Below are positions 22,652 to 32,289 of a stretch of 64,000 nt of DNA, piece by piece. Position 1 is the stretch's first letter, and every line of letters begins with the position of its first letter. The stretch is taken from assembly GCA_013115145.1 (NCBI GenBank), contig JAAPAO010000018.1, positions 74,214 to 138,213 of the forward strand, read 5' to 3'. This DNA comes from Perkinsus chesapeaki ATCC PRA-425. Its lineage: Eukaryota > Protista > Perkinsozoa. The notes beneath the pieces are model-generated. The model was not told where the DNA came from. It made no database searches and saw only the letters and a list, made by a program, of their open reading frames with translations. The translations under genes and the position numbers were made by a program.

Positions 22652-23881
22652 GTGATATTATATACGATGTCTACCCCTTCACGTTATACGGCTCTACCCC
22701 CGACCTATGATGGTAATACTAGTTTTTCCGCGTGGGAAAAACGGTTTCGTTTGTGCGTGCGTGCAAATGGTTGGTCAAGCGAAGACGCGCTTTTGAAGTT
22801 GCCCACGTTGCTCTCAGATAGTGCCCTTTCAACATGGGTTGGGTTACCAGATTCCGATATCGCCACACTGGACTCTGCATTGAAGGCTCTACGGAATGAA
22901 CTATCACCTGAGACCTTTGTAAGTTTTGATTTATTTCAAACTCGACGTTGGAATCAGAATGCTGAGTCCTTAGATGATTATGGTTTTGCTCTTGGTACTT
23001 TATTGGATCAAAGTGGTCTGAATCTATCAACTCAATCACGTGAGTCTCTGCTTACGTCTAGGTTTATAAGCGGCCTACCGTCTTCTATTCAGAAGGACAT
23101 GCGAAAGTCTCGAGAAGCTACCACTAGCTTTAAAGAAGCTGTGAGGGCTGCTAAGAGACTGTATACTATACAATTAGCTTCGAGAGATATGGATCCGTTT
23201 CAGGCCTCTCCAATATCACAAGGCTCGCCTGCTTTACCTTTAAATGTTTTCCCCGTCTCTAATCTTCCGTCGTCGACTGCTACTACACCCCCTACAAGCA
23301 ATGGTTCGTCTCCAGCTCCTTTACAAGTCCCACGAAATGATAATGCTCCCTCAGTACAAGCTTTGAATGGTTTGAACGGTGTCAGTACCATTAATGCTAT
23401 TTCTGATCTAGCCAATGCTATGGTTAGCTTTATTAATGGGAAGTCTCGGGGACATTCAGGAAATTCGACTGCGTCTAGCAATCGTAATTTTTCCCGTAAT
23501 GGTAACCAGATTCGTTGTGATTATTGTGGTATTCAAGGCCACAAATGGCGCAATTGTAGAAAATTGCAAGCATCCCTAAGGAATGGTGGAAATCCTAGAG
23601 ATCGCTTTGTTAATGGGAATCGAGATAATTCCTTTCAATCTCGCCCACAGTTCAGTGACCGTTCCCAACAACTTGGATATATTAACTATGCATCGACTAC
23701 GCCGACTGTAGGTTCCTCTCCGAGTCCTTTTCAACCTCCTCAATATGGTTCGTCAACGCCCCCGTCTCCTCCAGGCTTACTTCCGGCCCCTCAGGGAAAC
23801 GACAACGGGACTACTACTGCGGAGGAAGCGGTAGCCCCCAATGTTATGTACCTCCAGAGAAATGCGAACGAGAGTCATTAG
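22652..23881 (+). CDS. gag: Retrotransposon Gag with CCHC zinc knuckle
   Basis: Capsid-like FSAWEKRFRLC...W...LL; knuckle CDYCGIQGHKWRNC. Likely start is the ATG at 22667. Confidence 0.92.
   Translation: MILYTMSTPSRYTALPPTYDGNTSFSAWEKRFRLCVRANGWSSEDALLKLPTLLSDSALSTWVGLPDSDIATLDSALKALRNELSPETFVSFDLFQTRRWNQNAESLDDYGFALGTLLDQSGLNLSTQSRESLLTSRFISGLPSSIQKDMRKSREATTSFKEAVRAAKRLYTIQLASRDMDPFQASPISQGSPALPLNVFPVSNLPSSTATTPPTSNGSSPAPLQVPRNDNAPSVQALNGLNGVSTINAISDLANAMVSFINGKSRGHSGNSTASSNRNFSRNGNQIRCDYCGIQGHKWRNCRKLQASLRNGGNPRDRFVNGNRDNSFQSRPQFSDRSQQLGYINYASTTPTVGSSPSPFQPPQYGSSTPPSPPGLLPAPQGNDNGTTTAEEAVAPNVMYLQRNANESH
23794..23855 (+). other. Candidate -1 programmed ribosomal frameshift signal (gag-pol)
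   Basis: G GGA AAC heptamer (23794-23800) is in the gag frame; the -1 frame is open from there into the protease ORF; a downstream stem CTACTGC/GCGGTAG has a loop GGAGG complementary to CCTCC (23851-23855). Confidence 0.75.
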
Positions 23882-25239
23882 TGGCTTCCGTTGGTAGTGA
23901 AGGCCATAATATTATTTCTTTTGGTTGTAAAATTCGTGATAAAGATGTGGATTTGGTTATTGATACTGGTTCTCCTTATAATTTGATATCTACATCGTTC
24001 TATGCTTCTTTGGGCTGTGCTTTTCCGATAAATTATGACACTTCTATGCTTCCGTCTTTACATTCAGCAAGTGGTCATGGTATTACTGTGGTTGGCTCTG
24101 TTATTTTACCTATTACTATCCCGACAAATTTATATTCTGGTTTTATTAGAGAAACTTTTTTGGTAGTTGATAATTTGGTGTCTATCCCTATTTTGGTTGG
24201 TCGTCGGTTCTTGAAAGATGCTCGTGCTACAATTGATTTCGGGCAAAATGTTCCTGTTCTTTCTATCCCTGGATTATCTGGTATAAAATTACATAAGGCT
24301 ACCTCTTTGGAATATGGTACTTTACTTACTTCTTCGGTTATTGATTCTCCTCTAGAGACTCCGACAACATCTACATCTACTCCTATTAATGATATTGATT
24401 CGACTAATTCACCGAATTTACCGCCAACAGCAGCGACTTTACCCCCAGATCTTCGAGTACTACGAGTCGTGAAAGACGAAGGATGGATTTCCCTATTTCT
24501 GACAGAGAATGTGGTTACTAAGGAAGTTCGTTTTACAGCTGAGATTTTACCTGGTGTGGTACCTCCTATTAGCAGTGCTAACTTTTCTCGCTTCTCTGCT
24601 CTACATAAAAATATGGAAACGGCAACCAAACCCGAATGGCAAGCTAGTGATATTATTTGGAATGACTGGATATCTAGTGGTAAAGTGCGACCTCTTACAG
24701 AAGCAGAACATTCTTCAGTGGTTTCGGTACAAAACTTTTATGTCGTCCGTGGTAAAAGGTATAGAGTGGTATTAACAGCTATTTACCCTAATCGGTTTCT
24801 TCAGCGAGATTTGGCTCTTCCTCAAGAGAAGATTGATGAAGTTTTGACTGGTATGAGAGCATACCAATCTCATTGTATTTTAGATTTGAAGGATGCGTTC
24901 CTGGGAATTTCCCTAGGAACTGTGCTAAGTGATGTTACTACTGTTAACGTTGTATATAGTGATGGACATGCAATCCTCTGTAAATTTCTGTTTCTTCCTT
25001 ATGGATTAGCGTTATCGCCATGGTGTCTGGAAATGAGTGTCAGGGATTCCCTCTCATATTTCCGCTCCACTGTGATACACTCTTCCAGGATTTTCCTTAC
25101 ATCTTATATGGATGATATAGTCCTTTGCTGCTCACGGTCTGCGTATTCTTTTATGTTGCACCTTCGTGATCTCTTAATAAAGAGAGGTTTTGAGGTGCCG
25201 AAAAAGATCAGCGATGGAAAGCTGTCTTGCTCGACATGA
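23881..25239 (+). CDS. pol: Pol part 1: aspartic protease and reverse transcriptase palm
   Basis: LVIDTGSPYN (protease), LDLKDAFLGI, LPYGLALSP, YMDD. Confidence 0.92.
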   Translation: MASVGSEGHNIISFGCKIRDKDVDLVIDTGSPYNLISTSFYASLGCAFPINYDTSMLPSLHSASGHGITVVGSVILPITIPTNLYSGFIRETFLVVDNLVSIPILVGRRFLKDARATIDFGQNVPVLSIPGLSGIKLHKATSLEYGTLLTSSVIDSPLETPTTSTSTPINDIDSTNSPNLPPTAATLPPDLRVLRVVKDEGWISLFLTENVVTKEVRFTAEILPGVVPPISSANFSRFSALHKNMETATKPEWQASDIIWNDWISSGKVRPLTEAEHSSVVSVQNFYVVRGKRYRVVLTAIYPNRFLQRDLALPQEKIDEVLTGMRAYQSHCILDLKDAFLGISLGTVLSDVTTVNVVYSDGHAILCKFLFLPYGLALSPWCLEMSVRDSLSYFRSTVIHSSRIFLTSYMDDIVLCCSRSAYSFMLHLRDLLIKRGFEVPKKISDGKLSCST

Positions 25240-27749
25240 AGAGTAAATCTGCATCACACTTTACTTTTAATGATGTTTCTCGATTAGTAGGAGTCATTCC
25301 TAAGTTTCCTGTCTATACTGCATGGCTGCGTACTTTTGCTAATAAAGTACAATCTATTTGTTCTTCCTCGATGCCATCTACTGATAAGTCTTCTCGCCTA
25401 AGCTCTCTCGATCCTCATTTAACTGCTCTTGTTACTCGCTTTATTGATTTTGCCGTTACTTGTAAACCATTACAATTCCCTTTATATGTATCATCTTCCG
25501 ATCCGATTAGTATTTATACCGATGCTAGCAAGTATTGTATGGGCTATATTATTACACAATTTGATAAAGTTGTTGCTTCTGAGAATTATTTATTCCCATC
25601 GAGGCACATACCTCTTAATATTTCCTTCAAGGAAATGATGTGTATTCGTTTTGCCTTATCTGCTATTTCTAAATTACAATGTATTACTCGTAAGACATAT
25701 TCTGTAAATCTGTTTAGCGATTCCGCCCTCCGTGTATCTATTATCAAAAATGGCCGTATTCATGGGATCTCCCAGGCCAATCGTAATCATAGTGAACTAA
25801 TTCGTAGAGAATTTAGTATTATTCAAGAGCTGTTATGTAATATTCAGCCTTTTCATATTTTCCATGTAAAAGGTGAATTTAATCCAGCAGATGCGCTCAC
25901 TAGGTGTGATTTCTTATCATATCTGGTAAGTAATTTCTATGGTGATGTACTGGATGAGACTAATGAAGCTAAAAGCCCAAGAGCTATAAATTCTACTACT
26001 TCGACTTCCGATACTGCATCGTCTGCGACAACTTCAAGTCCGGTTCTATTTATTGATGGTCTCCCACCTAATTTTGGTACCCCCATTAACTTCAACGATA
26101 TTTTGAATGCACAAAAGGCTGATTCTAGTCTTCCTGCTCTTGATGGTTGCAACTTCACGCTGATTAATGGTCTGGTTTATAAGAAGAATAATAAAGGGCA
26201 ACCATCTATCTATATTCCGTTGTCTCTAAGACCGAAGGTGTTAGCTTTATTCCATGATACTCTCTGTGGAGTACATGCCAATTCTCAGCGAATGATGGAT
26301 TCATTGAGAAAACTATATTATTGGAAAGGCATGCAAGAGGATGTTAATTATTGGGTTAACAGTTGCGCTGTATGTCAACAATATCGCAGGTCTACGCCTA
26401 ATACTGCCAAGTTATACAGCTTACAAGCCCATTATCCCCTTGAGGTTATTAGTATGGATTATCTTTATGTTGATGGTCGATGGTTATTAACGGTTCAAGA
26501 TATTTTTTCGAAGTTTCTTACTTCATTTGTTCTACCAGTAGGACAGTCTCCATCAGCTTCAACGACTATTACCTCATTGTTAGACTATTTTTCTGCTTAT
26601 GGTGTACCAAAAAGGGTATACTGTGATAATGGTTCCCATTTCAAGAATCATAAAGTGGTAGACTTCTTATCAAGGTTCAATTGTACGATGTTTCATAGTC
26701 CACCATATCATCCTGCATCTCATGGTGGTATTGAGAAGGCTAACTCAACTATTCTTGGGCTTATTAGAAAGTCTGGTGTGGGTCAAGACTGGTCAGCTTA
26801 TCTGCCTCTTCTCGTATTGTCTTATAATTGCCAGAAGAATGATACCACAGGTTTTCCTCCTTATACTTTGTTTTTTGGTAGAGAAGCACCGTCGCCCCTA
26901 TCCTTACCATCAACTGGTCCAACTACTGCAACTTCTTCGTACAACGAATACTATGATGCTATCAGTGATGGTATACGATCTACTTCGGCGACAGCTTCAC
27001 AACATACGCTTCAAGCTGTATCCAGGAGACAGGCTTATCGTAAGGTTAATGATGTTAATATTCCCACTAATGGATATGTTTGGTATTATAATCCGGTGAG
27101 ATCAAGTAAACCATCCCCTAAGTGGTTGGGTCCTTTTCGGTGTACTGGTGTATCAATTCAGTCCCCTAGCTTGGTTACTCTGATCGACTCTAATGGTAAA
27201 TCGTTTGTTGTTCATCGCAACCAAATTAGGCCTGTTACTACTACTCTACGATTACCACCTGTGACTACTAGTTCTACGACTTCGGCATCCACCACACCTG
27301 CGTCAGATTTGGCTCCTGCATCATACCAAGCTTCACGTACGCGTGTTGATTTTCACACGCCGTGCACACACTTTACTGAAGAGGTAGATGATGATGTTGC
27401 ACCCGGACCACTTCTTGGTCACCAGAATGAAGGTGAAGCTATAATTCCTCCTGCTCCGGTGACTCCAGCTTATGCAGATAATGATGATATACCCCCTGCT
27501 CCGGTGACCCCAGCTGATGAAGGTGATTTAGCTCATGCTGGCATTGATGCTGCTGACTATCATAATGCGTTGTCGGATAACTCGGATGCTATTTCTGCTC
27601 ATGAAAATGTTTCCCATCATACTAGCACTGATGATGATGATGACAATGATGATAACCAAAGTGTTATTTCGGAGCATTCTGTTGATAGTGATATACGATT
27701 CTCTCGTGTGTCTGGTCGTCGTATTCGAATTCCAGCCCGTTATTGTTAG
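25227..27749 (+). CDS. pol: Pol part 2 (-1 frame relative to part 1): RT thumb remnant, RNase H, integrase, acidic tail
   Basis: IYTDASKY...EMMCI...FSDS...NPADALTR (RNase H); H...H...YYWKGMQEDVNYWVNSCAVCQ (integrase Zn finger); ISMDY...YCDNGSHF...GGIEKAN (DDE). Confidence 0.92.
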   Translation: MLDMKSKSASHFTFNDVSRLVGVIPKFPVYTAWLRTFANKVQSICSSSMPSTDKSSRLSSLDPHLTALVTRFIDFAVTCKPLQFPLYVSSSDPISIYTDASKYCMGYIITQFDKVVASENYLFPSRHIPLNISFKEMMCIRFALSAISKLQCITRKTYSVNLFSDSALRVSIIKNGRIHGISQANRNHSELIRREFSIIQELLCNIQPFHIFHVKGEFNPADALTRCDFLSYLVSNFYGDVLDETNEAKSPRAINSTTSTSDTASSATTSSPVLFIDGLPPNFGTPINFNDILNAQKADSSLPALDGCNFTLINGLVYKKNNKGQPSIYIPLSLRPKVLALFHDTLCGVHANSQRMMDSLRKLYYWKGMQEDVNYWVNSCAVCQQYRRSTPNTAKLYSLQAHYPLEVISMDYLYVDGRWLLTVQDIFSKFLTSFVLPVGQSPSASTTITSLLDYFSAYGVPKRVYCDNGSHFKNHKVVDFLSRFNCTMFHSPPYHPASHGGIEKANSTILGLIRKSGVGQDWSAYLPLLVLSYNCQKNDTTGFPPYTLFFGREAPSPLSLPSTGPTTATSSYNEYYDAISDGIRSTSATASQHTLQAVSRRQAYRKVNDVNIPTNGYVWYYNPVRSSKPSPKWLGPFRCTGVSIQSPSLVTLIDSNGKSFVVHRNQIRPVTTTLRLPPVTTSSTTSASTTPASDLAPASYQASRTRVDFHTPCTHFTEEVDDDVAPGPLLGHQNEGEAIIPPAPVTPAYADNDDIPPAPVTPADEGDLAHAGIDAADYHNALSDNSDAISAHENVSHHTSTDDDDDNDDNQSVISEHSVDSDIRFSRVSGRRIRIPARYC

Positions 27750-27779
27750 TACTTGTTTTCACTCTTTTCCTCAATCGTT

Positions 27780-27789
27780 GAAGGGGAAG
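27780..27789 (+). other. Polypurine tract
   Basis: GAAGGGGAAG ends 2 nt before the 3' LTR. Confidence 0.8.
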
Positions 27790-27791
27790 TC

Positions 27792-27944
27792 TGTAACACA
27801 ATTGTAACACAATATTGTTGATTACTGTCCCTAGTATCATTAAGCTAAGCTATGGCTAAGTCCTTATTTATATACTAGCATTATTATACTCAAATATATA
27901 TTATCCAATATTATAGGATATTGAGTTGTTCCGTTTGGGTAACA
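27792..27944 (+). repeat. 3' LTR (153 bp)
   Basis: 152/153 identity to the 5' LTR; followed by the TSD CGTA. Confidence 0.97.
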
Positions 27945-28426
27945 CGTAGTAGCTGCGCACGCACGCGCTGACCAGTGCGCTCGCCTCGATCTCGACATAT
28001 CATGGCGCTCAGTGAGCACCATTCACAGTAGTATATTATTAGTCTGCTACTGCAATCGAGCATGTCATCAGCTCTTTACCAATCAAGAATAGCTTTCCAA
28101 CTTGGAGGGACTTTGAGGAGGGGGCACCCGGGAGGAAGGACTCCGGGCGCGCGCAAAACCACGAATTACTGACCATCGTCACGCGCCACGAAACTCCATT
28201 AACGCGTCGTACTTCAACCGTTCCCTTATTGGCTCAGTCTTATATCTCTTCTAAGAGGTACTCACGTATTTCAACTATCGAATTTAGATACAATGCCCTC
28301 TGTAAGGGGGCCTTATGGGGCGAGTCTTCAAACTAGTCTCTCCATCTCAACCGTTCCCTTACCCTGGAGGGATTAGAGTATAGTTTTAGTTTTTGGTGTC
28401 TTTGTTTTCACCGTACTTTAATAACT

Positions 28427-29074
28427 ATGGGCAATCTCTGCTGCTGTTTCGATGGCCCCACTACGGGTACCACCGTCCCCCCTGCGGCCACGACTACCGT
28501 GACTCGCAGCACCTATGCAGCTCCAGCTGCCCCACAGAACTACAACTACGCACAAGAGGAAGTGAAGCCATATGTCCCTCAGCAACAACAACAACAACAG
28601 CCTCATCAAATAGTCCTACCTGACGGTCGTGTGGCTATCCTCGGCACTGATGGTCAGTACTACCCCGTTGCCCAAAACCAACAGAATATGCCTCAGCAAC
28701 AGCCTGTTGCCCAGAACCAGCAGTACGTACCCCAACAGCAGCAACAGCCTGTTGCCCAGAACCAGCAGTACGTGCCCCAGCAGCAACCTATGATGGCAGG
28801 CCAGCCACCTATGCCGCAAAATCACGTGGTAGAGACGCATACCACTACTATTATTGATCACTCGGCCGCCCCTGCTGCTGCCCCGCAGCCCGACATGGGC
28901 CTTGGCACTGCTATGCTAGCTGGTACTGCTGGATTCCTCGGAGGTATGATGATGGGCAGCGCCATGGAGCAGCCTTCCAGTACCGTGATCGTTGAGCAGA
29001 GCCCATTGGTAATCGAGGACAGCCCTACCGTAATTGAGGAGACTATTGTCATCGACGACGATGACGATTGGTGA
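28427..29074 (+). CDS. Intronless Gln/Pro-rich protein with predicted N-terminal acylation motif
   Basis: MGNLCCCF start (Gly2 plus Cys cluster), QQPVAQNQQYVPQQQ repeats, Gly/Met hydrophobic patch, acidic C-terminus. Confidence 0.8.
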   Translation: MGNLCCCFDGPTTGTTVPPAATTTVTRSTYAAPAAPQNYNYAQEEVKPYVPQQQQQQQPHQIVLPDGRVAILGTDGQYYPVAQNQQNMPQQQPVAQNQQYVPQQQQQPVAQNQQYVPQQQPMMAGQPPMPQNHVVETHTTTIIDHSAAPAAAPQPDMGLGTAMLAGTAGFLGGMMMGSAMEQPSSTVIVEQSPLVIEDSPTVIEETIVIDDDDDW

Positions 29075-29487
29075 TTGCCTACCCTATAGGAGTGTTCGGG
29101 GCCTCTGGCAAGCTAAGGATGGCTCGGCAGCAGCAGCCTCGACAACTCCCTCGCTGGTTGATATTGTTTTCCCCTGTTGTTGGCCGTTACTAACCGCCGT
29201 GTTGGTTATTCATGGCTACGATTTATTTTCATCGTTTACAATACACCGAGCTGTTTCGGAGAGTAAATGTAACTTTCACTGGACTGGTAGTAGTAATTCT
29301 CGTTTGCCTCCACCACTGTGTCTTCCCGTAGGAGCAGTGTGTCCGATGAGACGACAAGGTGATTCAGTAGTAACAACCTGGTAGTTGAATACGATTAGAT
29401 TTATTACTGGTTCCCTCTATGCGGACTTGCGTTCTAGTGGGCATATCCGAATCGACATGGCAGTTCCTACCGGGTTTATCGGCTACC

Positions 29488-30378
29488 ATGAGAGCTCTTA
29501 CTGAAGATGAGACCCGCCAAGTGTTTGAGAAGCTGAAAAAGTTCCTCGGTTCTAACCTCCAGCTCTTGGTTGATCGGGCCGATGGCGAGAACTATGTATT
29601 CAGGCTGCATAAGGATAGGTAGCATTAATCTTTGTAGCGTGGGGTGATGATGACGCCGGCTGCGGTAGGGTATTCTACATGTCGGAGAATCTTCTACGTA
29701 AGGCTCAGCACATTCCCAGGAAATGTCTGCTGTCGGCTGGTGTGTGCTTTGGGAAGTTTACACATTCCAGGAAGTTCAGGCTGCACATCACTTGTCTAGA
29801 TTACCTTGCCAAGCTGGCCACGGTAGTAGTGGTAGGGGGAGGAGAAGGAGAAGGTTGTTATGGTTTGGTTTTTAGCATAAGATTTGGGTCAAGCCTACAG
29901 GCGAGCAGAGTTACGTTTATGGCAACCATGTGGTTAAGGTAATATTCATTACTTATCGATTTACTTGATTTATGGAACTGGGAGGGAATAAATTATAGAA
30001 ATGCAAGACAATAGGTTATTAATGTGTAAAATAGTGCTTTGTACCAGTAATACTGGGCCCTGCCTGCGCTAGTGCTACCGAGTTGGCTTTAAGAGCGTCT
30101 TTGCCGCCATCGTTATTGCCCATTGATGCATGCCAGGCTCACTTGCGTCGGGTAACCGAGGACACCCCTGCCAACACTGGTGTGGTAATCCTTAATGAGC
30201 AAGATGTTCCCCTGGGCTTTGGTGTTACCGCTAAGAGCGTTGGAGAGTGCCGTACTGCCGGACCGGAACAGATCGTTGTGTAGTGCATTTAGGGGGAGGG
30301 GGATGTGATGTGGCGGAAATCAGGTATCATCAATCCGATATCGGAGAGTATCTTCGCGAAGAAGCCAACCTCGTATAG
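29488..30378 (+). CDS. NIP7: 60S ribosome subunit biogenesis protein NIP7 (5 exons)
   Basis: Exons 29488-29618, 29669-29822, 29876-29938, 30137-30279 and 30324-30378 give [16 protein letters not shown]...[24 protein letters not shown]...HKIWVKP...YGNHVVK...[10 protein letters not shown]...[13 protein letters not shown]. Confidence 0.96.
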
Positions 30379-30489
30379 TTACACTGGATACTCCTACCAA
30401 CGTCGTTTCTCTTCCACATTGATAAGTGTTGTAGTTGTGTTACATGGTTTGGGTGGTATTCACTGAGCTAGGAGGTTTATTGCTCATCG

Positions 30490-32176
30490 ATGGGTGTCGA
30501 GACAAGCCCGTTCCTGTCGCCACAGGAGCTGCCGGCCTACGAGTCAGCAGCCATGAAGAATCTGGTGAGCCACTCCTTGTCCGCTTTGCTTCACGGTACC
30601 CCTCAGACGACCCTAGAAGGCCACGATTACTCTACACCACTCAGCACAGTTTTCAACATCGTCAATACAATGGTCGGCCTCGGTAGTCCTCCCGTCCTCT
30701 CGAGTCCACCAGTATTTGCTATTTAGGTATGTTCGCTCTACCATTTGTCTTCAGTGTTGTGGGGTACTTCACTGGCACTATAATTTTCATAGGCTCTGTC
30801 TTGGCATCCTATCTCTCGGCGTAGGTCGTCCACCACCTCTTCCCTCCGTTCTCTCAATTTGCCATAGGTACGTCTTGACGATGATACTGTCAGGGTACTT
30901 GGATGAATACAGCTACTATGCATTAGCGACTCGACTCTTCAAAGGCCATACCATGTCCGTGGCTATCGATGTCGTTCTTGCGGTAGTGCTCTTTGGTGTA
31001 AGTAACTGGTGGGGCGGCACATCTCGATTTCCCGCCTCGGCTTGAAAATGTCCTCCCTCAACAGGCGCAGTAGCAACAACAAGAATTTCGGCGGAGTTTC
31101 ACGGAGATCTCATTTCGTCACCGAGCGTCCTGAAATACCAACTCTGCTCGCCAAACCCTTCCTTGATGTGTTTTAGGTTATTAGCATGACCTTCGTTGTA
31201 TCATTTGATTCGATACACTATTACTTTCCGGCCATCCCACGGTGGATGCTGGGAGGCATGGCGGCCATGGCTGGTTGGGCGGCATCCCTGCCGAGGTCCC
31301 TTCACGGTGTAAGGTTCGCCTCCTACACCGGGGTAGGGCTTATGTTGCTTATATGGTTCTCTGTGGTCTTTACGGCCATCGTCTCACCACATACCATCGA
31401 TACCGTGGATGAGGAATTGATCCCGGCACCGCTGGACACCACGAGGTCGTGGGTTCCATTCTCCCAGGTACCATTTTTAATATATTGATACACATGTAAT
31501 TCTGTAACTTCAGGCGGCTTCAGCGGGTATCTTCTCATTTATAATGCACATAAACCTTCCGTGCCTCCACGGTGAGCTAAAGCCGGTGGATCGTCCTAAG
31601 ATGCCCATCCTATTGGCGATAGCTTTGGCGTGGGCATTCGCTATGTACATCATTTTTGCCGTCTGTGCTTCGTCCAGTCCACTCTTTCTGTATGGGCGGG
31701 CGCCAGACCTCTTGACGACTATGCCACGCACCCCTTTGTTTGATGCTTGCCGAGTCCTCATGGCATTTGTTAACATCACCAAGACGCCACTGCTGTTGCA
31801 CCCATTGAGACAGATTGTTGACACGAGACTTAATGTGCCCCAACAGTTGAACTGGTTCGCTACATCTGCCATCATAATAATCTCCTACTGTCTATTCTTA
31901 TGGTTCAACTCCCTTGTCGAGGCTGTGTCTATCATTTCTGCTATTTGCTCAATTTTGACAGTCCAATGGTTCCCGGCAATGTGCCTGTGGGCGTCGGCCG
32001 CCATAGACAGCAAACGGCGAAGTGGAGGAGATCGTCTCCTTCCTCGCATTTCTGACTATCATTCATGTCTTTGGTCAATTAGAACGCGTCGTATCGTAGC
32101 GGTTATATTGGGGCTGCTCGGTGTGGTGGTGTTAGGTTTGAGTGGCCCATCAATTCTATATCTCATAACGAAGTGA
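30490..32176 (+). CDS. Amino-acid transporter (Aa_trans/SLC38-like), multi-exon
   Basis: STVFNIVNTMVGLG, SLPRSLHGVRFASY, PCLHGELK, KTPLLLHPLRQ and multiple hydrophobic helices. Confidence 0.9.
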
Positions 32177-32289
32177 CTTTTTACAGAGTACAGTGAACAT
32201 TGCTTATATTGTGAAGCATTTCTATTCGCCATTGACTTGCGTTCATCAGTTCCCAAAAACGCGAAAGACGAAAGGCAGAGAAACGTGAA

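Larger units (their letters stand above)
22420..27944 (+). mobile_element. Full-length Ty3/Gypsy-type LTR retrotransposon (5525 bp), recent insertion
   Basis: Two 153-bp LTRs (TGT...ACA), 4-bp TSD CGTA (22416-22419 and 27945-27948), PBS, PPT, and gag-PR-RT-RH-IN order. Confidence 0.97.

Noticed and set aside
24075-24629. 184-aa antisense ORF (and other short ORFs) within the retrotransposon
   Set aside because: Shadow of gag/pol; no domain features.
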